From NCBI GenBank assembly GCA_005222975.1, contig NJBI01000053.1, positions 1 through 21,208 on the forward strand: 21,208 bases of DNA. Direction: 5' to 3'. The position numbers and the translations under genes are program-made. How positions within the stretch are numbered: position 1 is the first letter of the stretch; every line of letters begins with the position of its first letter. The DNA comes from Promethearchaeota archaeon Loki_b31. Its GTDB lineage: Archaea > Asgardarchaeota > Lokiarchaeia > Sigyniarchaeales > SOKP01. Shown here in pieces: positions 7,148-16,240 of this stretch. The notes below the pieces were generated by a model, which searched no databases, was not told the DNA's origin, and saw only the letters and a program-made list of their open reading frames with translations.

Positions 7148-10100
7148 TTATTTAATAAGATAAAACTTATTTTTAAGGGGATTATTAATTTCTAATTGCT
7201 TCCAAACATTAGATAATTCACTCCAACATTTTTCAGCTAAATTTTTATTCGCTTTATAAGCGGAATTGATTAAAATTTGCAATAGTTTTTCCCGTATTTT
7301 GTTATCGTATTTTTCATTCAATATAAACTGTGATAAAGTTGGTAAAGCCTGTCTATACATAAATGGTTTTATTAGATTTAAATCTTCATCTGACAGGATT
7401 TTTGGAAAAGAGTCTAAAAATCTTTTAAAGTCTATATTGACAAATGAAACATTCGCATGAGGACAGCTACTTATATTATAATTATCTCTTAATAAATTTT
7501 TTTCTACATAATCATAGATCTCTTTATGTGTATGATCTGGATTTTGAACAAGAACTAAATATTCTAAATTTTTTATAAGTAATTCAATTCTCTTATATTT
7601 CTTTTCTGACTTTCGACTTTTCCAGACTTCTAAAGTATTAAGCATTAAGGTACGAGACAATTCTGATTCAGTTTTGTAAAGTTTTCTTGCGAGAAAGACT
7701 ATTGTCCCATAATGGAGCTTTGGATTAGGATCAATTAATATTTCTTTTAAAGAAATTAAATCCTCGTTATTCAAATGAAAATGGTCAGATAGATTCCTTG
7801 CAGCAAATCTACGAGTATTTATAGGATCTTCATCTTCATTAGTTATTAATGAAATTAAATATTTTTTTGCTTTTTCATTAAGTGGACCACATAATGGTGC
7901 TATTTCATATTTAACTTCAGAAGGTATTTCATTATCCCTCAATAATTTCTCTATTAACGAAATTCTATTTTCTGTTTGAAGAAATCCCATACTTAAAGCA
8001 ATTCTCGATCTAATAAAATCAGGAATTTGAGAATCTTTTAAAATTTTAATAATTTTATCCAAAACCTTGTCTTGTCCAATCTCAATGAGTTTATTAGCAA
8101 TATATCTTAATCTATAGGTAGATTCTTTAAATTTTTTTAAAAAGGGCTCTTTTAAGGAGAGTTCGAGCAATTTCTCCAATATTGTTATAGCATCTTCAAT
8201 TTGTATATAATTTAATACATTTAGACTATATACATTAAAGTCTTTGTCATTTAGGTAATGGTTTTCAAGAATTACAATAGACTCTTTAACACTTATAATA
8301 TTAAAAATAAATTTAATAACATAAGAATCTAAATTTAATTTCTTATCCTTATACAATAATTCTGCTAAAGCATTTTTTGCGGAATCTAACTTTATTTTTG
8401 CTAAATAATTAATAGCCTTCTTCTTTAAATAATTATATGATGGTTCTTCTTTATTTGCTATAGTTTTTAATTTAGAAATTATCTTCTCTCTTAATCCAAG
8501 GTCTTTTATAAATTTCAAACCTCGAGAGATGCATTCTGCTATAATGAAAAGTTTATCATAAAGAATATTATCTTTTAATTCTAATATTTCCATTAATAAA
8601 TTAGTTGCATCTCCCAATTCTGCATAAAAATATAAGACTTGCCTCCAAAAAGGATTTTCAATGTGATTTATAATTTCTTCATAACCATTTTCTCGATCTC
8701 TTAATGCGCTTGCAACAAAAAACTCTTGAAACGATATATGAGGAAAAGCATAGTAATTCTCTAGTGTCCAAGAACATAATAATCCTGTTTGGATCCTTAT
8801 AAAATCAAATGTTGCTTTCGCTTTAACACTATTAATTCCAACAATAGGTAATTTTTTGGCAATATTTTTAATCAATCTATCTTGTTCAAAACAAGCAATA
8901 CCTTTTCGATGATATAATAGAGAGATTTCATTTAATATATCTTTAATTTTATCAGGTGTTAGGTTTTCTACTTCTGAATAGCGACTTATTCTTCTGGTAG
9001 CATCCCATTCCTCTAATAATATGTTTACAGCTCTTTTATATAATTCTGATATTTTTTGAGGTAAATTCATAGTACGATCAAAATTTATACATATAAGCGA
9101 TAGAAGCAATGGATTTTTCGAGAGATCCCTAAGATTTGATTCTCTTACTTGATTAATTAATTTATTTCCAACCTCAAATTCCTTGGAAAACCACTTCCGA
9201 ATGAAAGAGTTAATCATTCTTCCAGTTAAGGGCAAAATTTCATAATTCTTAAAAATTACAGTAATTTCTGTAAAAACTGAAATTAGAGATTCTCTTCGAA
9301 CACTACAAATAACTTTATTTTCAGGATTAAAACGAATAATTTCCTGTAATTCTGAATCAATTTGTTTTAATTTTTTCCTAGCCATCTCTGGATTTTCTAT
9401 ATCTAATTCATCTAATCCATCAACAAAAATAACTAATCTACCAGAATATAGAAAAAAATCAAAAATCAGATTGATTTTGCTTGAGTCTTCAATTACTTTT
9501 AGTTCTTGGTAAAGAAAATCTTTAATTTTAAGGTCTTGAGCAATTATTCTTCTAATTGGAATAAATATAGGTAAAAATAAATCCTCATTCTTACAAATAT
9601 CTAAACACAATCTTTTTAATTCTGTTGATTTTCCAGTTCCAGGATATCCTATTATAAGTATGTGATTCTCACTTTCAAATATTTCTTTTAATAGAAAAAG
9701 TATATCATATCTCTCATACTCTTCTGGATGTTTTTCAAGAGAAAAATCTTTTTCAATTTCACTTTCACTAATTTTCCTATATTCTTTAAGATATAGTTGA
9801 ACATAGAGATCGCTTATTTTTAGTTCTCTATTAAAGCTTAAGAGTGAAATTTTATTTAGAAAATCATAATATTTTCTTTTATATTCATTTAAATATTCTA
9901 AAATTGTAGCTTCGTTAAGACTAAACCTCTTTATTTCATTTTCCTCACAAAATTTCTTTATAGCCTCTAATGAAATAGTTGCGTTTAATTTATGTAACTC
10001 TCTAATTGAAAGATTTTTTAATGAATAACTACCAAGATGAGAGATTCCAGCAAAATTTCTTATTTGATATATTTTGAAATCATACTTTTCCCAGGTTATA

Positions 10101-10414
10101 TAAAATGGAACCCATAAATTAGTCGAATAGAATCTCGCTTGTTGTTCAACAAATTCATTATCTATTTTCTTAGTTTCTATGACAATTAAACTTGTTTTTT
10201 CACAATGATCTCTATCTCCAAAAAAAACAACATCCGCTTCAGGTTTTCTACCTCTTTTATGGGGAGAATAACCTTTTAATGGAAAACTTAATTCAAAATT
10301 ATCATCATTATATCCCAGAAGTTTAAAGAATGGAATCACTAATTTTACTCTAATATCATCCTCAGAACCTAAAGGAATTCTAATTAATTTATTAATTTTT
10401 TCTAATAAATTCAT
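7148..10414 (-). CDS. Nuclease-NACHT (STAND NTPase)-HEAT-like repeat protein; putative NLR-like defence protein
   Basis: N-terminal HsdR_N-like PD-(D/E)xK domain (SEDDIRVKLVIPFFKLLGY...ADVV...IETKK...QARFY). Walker A GYPGTGKST, Walker B LVIFVDGLDE, NPLLLSLIC and FPHISFQEFFVA are NACHT motifs. The C-terminus is long, Leu-rich and helical. Confidence 0.85.
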   Translation of the reverse strand: MNLLEKINKLIRIPLGSEDDIRVKLVIPFFKLLGYNDDNFELSFPLKGYSPHKRGRKPEADVVFFGDRDHCEKTSLIVIETKKIDNEFVEQQARFYSTNLWVPFYITWEKYDFKIYQIRNFAGISHLGSYSLKNLSIRELHKLNATISLEAIKKFCEENEIKRFSLNEATILEYLNEYKRKYYDFLNKISLLSFNRELKISDLYVQLYLKEYRKISESEIEKDFSLEKHPEEYERYDILFLLKEIFESENHILIIGYPGTGKSTELKRLCLDICKNEDLFLPIFIPIRRIIAQDLKIKDFLYQELKVIEDSSKINLIFDFFLYSGRLVIFVDGLDELDIENPEMARKKLKQIDSELQEIIRFNPENKVICSVRRESLISVFTEITVIFKNYEILPLTGRMINSFIRKWFSKEFEVGNKLINQVRESNLRDLSKNPLLLSLICINFDRTMNLPQKISELYKRAVNILLEEWDATRRISRYSEVENLTPDKIKDILNEISLLYHRKGIACFEQDRLIKNIAKKLPIVGINSVKAKATFDFIRIQTGLLCSWTLENYYAFPHISFQEFFVASALRDRENGYEEIINHIENPFWRQVLYFYAELGDATNLLMEILELKDNILYDKLFIIAECISRGLKFIKDLGLREKIISKLKTIANKEEPSYNYLKKKAINYLAKIKLDSAKNALAELLYKDKKLNLDSYVIKFIFNIISVKESIVILENHYLNDKDFNVYSLNVLNYIQIEDAITILEKLLELSLKEPFLKKFKESTYRLRYIANKLIEIGQDKVLDKIIKILKDSQIPDFIRSRIALSMGFLQTENRISLIEKLLRDNEIPSEVKYEIAPLCGPLNEKAKKYLISLITNEDEDPINTRRFAARNLSDHFHLNNEDLISLKEILIDPNPKLHYGTIVFLARKLYKTESELSRTLMLNTLEVWKSRKSEKKYKRIELLIKNLEYLVLVQNPDHTHKEIYDYVEKNLLRDNYNISSCPHANVSFVNIDFKRFLDSFPKILSDEDLNLIKPFMYRQALPTLSQFILNEKYDNKIREKLLQILINSAYKANKNLAEKCWSELSNVWKQLEINNPLKNKFYLIK

Positions 10415-10740
10415 AATTAACCAATTGAATAATTAGGATTTTAATAGAACTTAAATAATATTAAAATTTCTGATTATCTTTATAGAATATTTAGCTTATT
10501 AATATATATATCATTTATTTAATCTTATTTTTATTCACATTTGAATGTGTGATTAATTAATTCTCTCCACTTTTTTATTTTAAATTCAACCCATTCTCCA
10601 AAAACATAAATAATTAAATCTTTCCAAGTATTGATAATAATATAAATATAAAATTTGATACAACTCCAAAATTATTCAAATTAATAATACTTTTCTTTAA
10701 ATCATTTCAAATTTATACACTAATGTATTAATTATTTCTC

Positions 10741-12102
10741 TTAACTTCCGTATTCATCAATAACATTATAGATTTCGTCAATTAATTCTTTGATATCAAT
10801 TATTTTTTGTTCTTCTGTTGCCATATTTTTAATAGAAACTTTATCATTCTCAGATTCTTTTGGTCCTATTATCAATACGATTAAAACACCGAGCTCATTA
10901 GCTTTTTTTAGTTGGTTTTTTAAATTTTTAAACCTGTAATCTATTATGCACGGAAAATCCTCATCTCTAACCATTTTTGCTAATTTTAACGCATAATTAG
11001 ACACATTATCGTTAATAGAGGCAATATAAATAGTATCAGTATAATCTTTTTCTTTAATTTCTTCAGGAATTAAATTATATGTTTTTAAGAATAATGAAAA
11101 CATTAACACGCCCATTCCAAACCCTATTCCTGATATTTTTTCGTCTGAAAATAGGGATAACAAGTCGTCGTAGCGCCCTCCTCCAAAAATGCTTCTGATG
11201 TTATCTTTTCCAGTATCAAATACTTCGAATACAATACCAGTATAATAATCCAGACCTCTAACAACGCTTGAAGAAAATGTACAATATTCTGTGATGTTTG
11301 CTTCTGAAAGTAATAAATTAAAATTTACTAATTCAACATAACCGCGAGAATTATAAAACTCTTCGGGGATGTCCTCGAACTTATTTAATAAATCCTCTAA
11401 AGATGTAGACTCTTTTAGTTTAAAAATGCCTTGGACGATTATTTCGTCTTGGAAAGAATCAAGAACAAATTTCTCATATTCTGATTCCTCCATTTTATCA
11501 GATTTATCTAAAACCTTATAAACAAGTTGTAACTTGTCTTTAGGTACGTTTAGTATCAGTTCACACACAGAATCGATAAATCGTCGATTATTATAAAAGA
11601 CTTGAAATTGGTCTGATGTGGCTCCAAATTCTAAAAAGATATCAACTACTACATTGAATATTTCGAGTTCTGCATAGAGACCATTTTCTCCCAAGATGTC
11701 CATGTTAATTTGCTTGAATTCCCTTCTACGGCCTTTTTGTGGGCGTTCGTACCTATAACATGTAGGTACTGAAAACCACCTTATGGGTTTTTTAAGTTCT
11801 TGACTTTTTGCCGTGATCATTCGTGCTAACGATGGAGTAAGTTCTGGAATTAGTATTAACTTTTCTCCTTTTTTCTTCTCAACAATGAAGGATTGTTCAT
11901 TTACTAACTCGTCTGAAGATTTAGCAGCAAAAATCTCAATTGATTCTAATCTTGGACTTTCAAATTCTTCATAACTATACAGTTCCGCAACATCTCGAAT
12001 TGTATTAATTATCCAGTTTATTTCACGTAAATCGGGCGGATAATAATCTTTCATTCCTCTTAGTGGCTTTGTTGAAAATTTCTTAGACATAATATTATTC
12101 AA
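10741..12102 (-). CDS. hisS: Histidyl-tRNA synthetase (start probably ATG 12090)
   Basis: PLRGMKDY, PELTPSLAR, YRYERPQKGRRREFKQ, VRGLDYYTG, GGGRYDDL and GFGMG motifs, plus the C-terminal anticodon-binding domain. Confidence 0.97.
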   Translation of the reverse strand: MNNIMSKKFSTKPLRGMKDYYPPDLREINWIINTIRDVAELYSYEEFESPRLESIEIFAAKSSDELVNEQSFIVEKKKGEKLILIPELTPSLARMITAKSQELKKPIRWFSVPTCYRYERPQKGRRREFKQINMDILGENGLYAELEIFNVVVDIFLEFGATSDQFQVFYNNRRFIDSVCELILNVPKDKLQLVYKVLDKSDKMEESEYEKFVLDSFQDEIIVQGIFKLKESTSLEDLLNKFEDIPEEFYNSRGYVELVNFNLLLSEANITEYCTFSSSVVRGLDYYTGIVFEVFDTGKDNIRSIFGGGRYDDLLSLFSDEKISGIGFGMGVLMFSLFLKTYNLIPEEIKEKDYTDTIYIASINDNVSNYALKLAKMVRDEDFPCIIDYRFKNLKNQLKKANELGVLIVLIIGPKESENDKVSIKNMATEEQKIIDIKELIDEIYNVIDEYGS

Positions 12103-12250
12103 TTAAATTAACGCTAGAGTTATTTAAAAAAACGATCATTTACAAATATTTTTTTCGATTTTATTCGACTAAAACAATCTATTTTTGATTTCTCTGATTA
12201 AGAGATTTTGAGAAGAAAATCTATTAAAATAATTGAGCTTAAAATTAATT

Positions 12251-12628
12251 ATGTCAAGTATTGAAATTATTAATCCTGGAACTCCCGTTGCGGGACCTTA
12301 TAGCCCGGGAATAAAAGCAGGTAATTTACTATTTGTTTCTGGTCAAGGATCGGCTCAGCCTGCAACTGATATTAAAGAACAGACTTTAGCTGTGTTAACC
12401 AATATAAAAAAAATCGTAGAAGCTACTGGAGGTAAAATTTCGAACATTGTCAATACAACCGTATTTTTAAAAAATATTAAAGAATTTAGCGAAATGAACA
12501 GCGTTTATAAAAAATTTTTTAATGACAACGGAGTTTCTGAATTTTATCCTGCGAGGGCAACAGTGGAAGTATCAAATTTACCTCTTGCTAGTATGTTAAT
12601 AGAAATAAGTGCGATAGTAGCACTGTGA
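12251..12628 (+). CDS. ridA: RidA/YjgF/UK114 family reactive imine deaminase
   Basis: GPYSPG, LLFVSGQ, FSEMNSVY, PARATVEV (catalytic Arg) and LIEISA motifs. Start placed at ATG 12251 rather than TTG 12233. Confidence 0.92.
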   Translation: MSSIEIINPGTPVAGPYSPGIKAGNLLFVSGQGSAQPATDIKEQTLAVLTNIKKIVEATGGKISNIVNTTVFLKNIKEFSEMNSVYKKFFNDNGVSEFYPARATVEVSNLPLASMLIEISAIVAL

Positions 12629-12770
12629 ATAAATTAATTATCTTTTTTTTTCTCTTAAATATTATTTCAAATTTTGGGTTTTATCACAGCCAATTCCTTA
12701 TTAACAAAGTCTAAAAAGTAATTTTCATGTATTATCAATTAATTATTAAATTTGACAGGTTGAAAATATA

Positions 12771-13955
12771 TTGATTTTATCCACTAGTTATGAGGAATTA
12801 AAAGATTTAGTTAAAGATAAAAAACTTCCTATGGTAATCTGCGATCTCGATGCTTTCAATCAGAATTTAGAAAGGGTTGGGAATTATTTAACGAGAGTGA
12901 AAAAAAGTTTAAGGTTATGCACTAAATCAGTTAGAGTTCCTGAATTGGTAAATAAAGTTGAAAAAGAAGACTTTGTTAACGGGATATTTACTTATAATTC
13001 AGCTGAAGCTTTGTTTTACGCTGAAAATTATAAAACTAAAGATATTTTGTTGGGTTATCCCACGATGTCTAAGGTGGATGTTGATGAATTATGCAAAGCA
13101 GCTAGCATAGACGGTGTAAGCATTACAGTTATGGTTGACGATATAAAACAGATAAATTTGTTAGAAGAATTTGCAGTTAAAAATAACGTTGAATTTGATA
13201 CATTGATTGAAATAGATGTTGCAGACAAATTATTTGGAAGAAATGTTGGCGTTTATAGAAGCCCAATAAGGGAACCCGAAGCAGCAGTGAAACTGGCACA
13301 AATAATAAGTAAAGCAAATAATTTGCATTTTAGAGGAATTATGGGCTACGAAGCTCAAAATGCTAGTATAGGCGATGATAAAGCATTGTTTAGATTTGCA
13401 AAAAAAAGATCTAGGAAACACGTAAATATTTGGCGCCAAAACTTTGTAGACGCCCTTGATAACGCCGGGTTTCAACCTGAAGTTGTTAACGGTGGAGGAT
13501 CGGGGTGTTTTCAAGAAACTGCTGCTGAAACCTCTATAACAGAAATTGGTATAGGGTCTTTGCTTTTTAAATCGCATATCTTCGATACAATTAATTCTTT
13601 GAACGAGTTTTTACCATCTCTTTTTTTCGTTATTCAAATTGTTAGAAAAACAAAAGAAAATATTGCAACTGCTTTTTCAGGAGGTTATGTAAGTTCTGGG
13701 AGCGTAAGAGCATTGCCCATTCCTGTTATCCCAAAGAATATTTTAACATCTAAAGACGAAGAATTCGGAGAAGTGCAAACGCCCTTTACTTTCAATCCTA
13801 AGCAATTAGATTTAGATCTTGGAGACCCGATATTTTGTAGATTTGGTAAAGCAGGGGAGCCTTTAGAGCATTTTAATCAAGTTTATATTTATAAGAATAG
13901 TGAAATAATAGACACTTATAAAACCTATAGAGGTTATGGCAAAAGGTTTTCTTAA
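12771..13955 (+). CDS. PLP fold-type III enzyme (alanine racemase-like; D-serine dehydratase/D-threonine aldolase-like amino acid deaminase/aldolase)
   Basis: RLCTKSVRVPEL (PLP Lys), GIMGYEAQ, NGGGSG, EIGIGS, GEVQTP, KAGEPLEHFN and TYRGYG motifs. Confidence 0.85.
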   Translation: MILSTSYEELKDLVKDKKLPMVICDLDAFNQNLERVGNYLTRVKKSLRLCTKSVRVPELVNKVEKEDFVNGIFTYNSAEALFYAENYKTKDILLGYPTMSKVDVDELCKAASIDGVSITVMVDDIKQINLLEEFAVKNNVEFDTLIEIDVADKLFGRNVGVYRSPIREPEAAVKLAQIISKANNLHFRGIMGYEAQNASIGDDKALFRFAKKRSRKHVNIWRQNFVDALDNAGFQPEVVNGGGSGCFQETAAETSITEIGIGSLLFKSHIFDTINSLNEFLPSLFFVIQIVRKTKENIATAFSGGYVSSGSVRALPIPVIPKNILTSKDEEFGEVQTPFTFNPKQLDLDLGDPIFCRFGKAGEPLEHFNQVYIYKNSEIIDTYKTYRGYGKRFS

Positions 13956-14001
13956 AATATCATTTTTTTTTAAAAGAAAAAGAAAAAAAATTGAAATTGA
14001 C

Positions 14002-15837
14002 TTAAAATAAATCCTTAATGACAAAATCTAAATTGAGATCTGTTAATGTGTCTTTGAGAGGATAACCAGTTTCAGGATTCCAACCCATTTTTTCACAATA
14101 TCCTTTGTAATCCTCTAAATAATCTACAGTTACTGTTCTTTCAGGTAATTTATTCTTAATGATATCTATACCTTCTCGTAGTGTGAATGCTTGTCTCAAA
14201 GTTTGAATTCTTTGACCTGTTTTAATCGCTTCGGCGATGTCTAAGTCCCATCCAACAACTGCTTTAACTAATTCAAATAGAGGATATTTCTGAAAAACAT
14301 ATGCAAATTCACATAGTCCAAGACTATTAGTATATTGCATTATCGCAGTAAAAAGCTTTTCAGCTTCACTTCTATCATCGCCAGGACGCTTAAATTTTCT
14401 TGGTAATGTTAATCCTTCGAATAATCCATTTGGTTTAACTATCGGTCCCATTACAAAAAAATCCAAACTTGCTGTAGTATGTCTACCTGGCGTTGGATCG
14501 TAAGCGAAAGTAGTTCCCATGTTTTTATAATATTTTGGTGAATGCATACCTAATTCTTGGCCTAAGGAGTGCATAGCGTATTCCGATCCTCTCCCTAATT
14601 TTTCTGCTGCTATTTTAGAACCATCTGCCAGTAAATCCCCAATTCCTTCCCGATTTATCATTTTTTTTAGTAGCGTAATTATAGATTCTGAATTTCCCCA
14701 AGTCAATTCAAGTCCGTCAGTATCATCCTTAGAAATTAAATTATTTTCGTAACATTCGATTGCAAATGCAATAGTCGCCCCAGCAGAAATAGTATCTATT
14801 CCAGCTCGATTACATATGTCGTTAGCTTTAAAAATTGACATTAGATCGTCGTTAAGCAATAAGTGTCCAAAACTGGAACAAGTTTCATATTCAGGACGGT
14901 GAGTCTCTTCTAAACCCACTTCTGGAACTTTCATAATCGCACCACACCGCACTGGGCATGAGAAGCATCCGTAGGGTTTTTCTTTATATTTATCTATTTC
15001 ATTACCAGAAATTTTAGTCAATTTATCATCTGGAAAATCTTCTTTAGTACCCCCCCAATTTTTGCAAGGAGTATCTCCTATTTTAAATAAAATTTCATTT
15101 CCCATTGTAGTTCCTAACGTTTTATACCCTAAAATTCCAGCTGCAGTAGAAGTATTAATTCCATCATTATAATCTTTTGTATGTTGAATAAGAGCATCTT
15201 TATCGAAGACAGTAATTTTTTTTCCTCCCTTAAGAACAATTGCTTTAAGTTTTTTGGAACCCATAACAGCTCCAAATCCAGATCTCCCTGCAACCCTAGC
15301 TTTATCATTAACAATTCCAGATATTAAACTTAAATTTTCTCCTGCCTGACCAATACTAGCAATTTGAACGCTTCCATGCTTTTCTTTTAGTTTATCTTCT
15401 GTTTGCACAACATCTAAACCCCATAAATCTGAAGCATCTAAAATTTGCTTATCATCTTCCAAAATTGTTATGTATTTTGGACTGTTAGCCATGCCTTTAA
15501 TTAAAATTGCATCATACCCACATTTCTTAATTTCTGGACCAAAATAGCCTCCACAATTTGAGTCGCCCCAAGTTTTTGTTAGCGGTGATTTACCCGCAAC
15601 CATGAAACGTCCTGTTAAAGGCGCTACTGTTCCGGTTAATAGCCCAGGAAAAAATCCAAATACGGATTCTGGACTGAGAGCATCTGTTTTTAGAGGTACA
15701 TTTTCATAAATGAGTTTGATTGCTATACCATATCCTCCTATATATTGTCGATATAACTCTTCTGGTAAATCTTCTTCCTTAAAAGTCCCATCAGTAAGAT
15801 TTACCCATAATATTTTTCCCATATAACCATTTGGCAT
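14002..15837 (-). CDS. aor: Tungsten-dependent aldehyde:ferredoxin oxidoreductase family protein
   Basis: GYMGKILWVNLT, KSPLT, DSNCGG, AGRSGFGAVMGSKKLKAI, CFSCPVRC, PEYET and GIDTISAG motifs. Confidence 0.93.
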   Translation of the reverse strand: MPNGYMGKILWVNLTDGTFKEEDLPEELYRQYIGGYGIAIKLIYENVPLKTDALSPESVFGFFPGLLTGTVAPLTGRFMVAGKSPLTKTWGDSNCGGYFGPEIKKCGYDAILIKGMANSPKYITILEDDKQILDASDLWGLDVVQTEDKLKEKHGSVQIASIGQAGENLSLISGIVNDKARVAGRSGFGAVMGSKKLKAIVLKGGKKITVFDKDALIQHTKDYNDGINTSTAAGILGYKTLGTTMGNEILFKIGDTPCKNWGGTKEDFPDDKLTKISGNEIDKYKEKPYGCFSCPVRCGAIMKVPEVGLEETHRPEYETCSSFGHLLLNDDLMSIFKANDICNRAGIDTISAGATIAFAIECYENNLISKDDTDGLELTWGNSESIITLLKKMINREGIGDLLADGSKIAAEKLGRGSEYAMHSLGQELGMHSPKYYKNMGTTFAYDPTPGRHTTASLDFFVMGPIVKPNGLFEGLTLPRKFKRPGDDRSEAEKLFTAIMQYTNSLGLCEFAYVFQKYPLFELVKAVVGWDLDIAEAIKTGQRIQTLRQAFTLREGIDIIKNKLPERTVTVDYLEDYKGYCEKMGWNPETGYPLKDTLTDLNLDFVIKDLF

Positions 15838-15952
15838 TCTTATTAACTCTTTTTAAAAATTTTAATAAATTCATAAACAATTATTAAATACAATAAATGT
15901 TAAGAAAGTTTAAAAACATTATAAAACAGAATTTGAAAATTATTAATCTAAG

Positions 15953-16240
15953 ATGTCTGATCTAGAACATAAATTCATTATTATGCATTTGGATGATAAT
16001 TGCGCTACGGCTTTAATAGATATTTCCAAAGACACTGAATTAAAATCAAACGAAATTTTCATAAGAATAAATCAAAATATTCCAATGGGGCATAAATTCT
16101 CACTGAAAGATATTAATAAAGGAGAATTAATAAAAAAATACGGTCAAATTATTGGTATAACTACTCAAGATATAAAAACGGGTGATTGGATTCACACACA
16201 CAATCTAAAAAGTTACTATTTGGAGGTGGCTAAAAAATAA
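15953..16240 (+). CDS. SAF-domain small subunit of UxaA/GarD/SuyA family (altronate dehydratase or sulfolactate sulfo-lyase alpha-like)
   Basis: DNCATAL, IPMGHKFSL, IKKYGQIIG and GDWIHTHNL motifs. Confidence 0.9.
   Translation: MSDLEHKFIIMHLDDNCATALIDISKDTELKSNEIFIRINQNIPMGHKFSLKDINKGELIKKYGQIIGITTQDIKTGDWIHTHNLKSYYLEVAKK
16222..16228 (+). promoter_or_regulatory. Strong Shine-Dalgarno site GGAGGTG upstream of ATA 16237
   Basis: GGAGGTG lies 8 nt before ATA at 16237, within the end of the SAF gene. Confidence 0.7.

Noticed and set aside
7015-10740. Mobile element boundaries around the NACHT gene
   Set aside because: No transposase, integrase, terminal inverted repeats or convincing direct repeats seen by eye.
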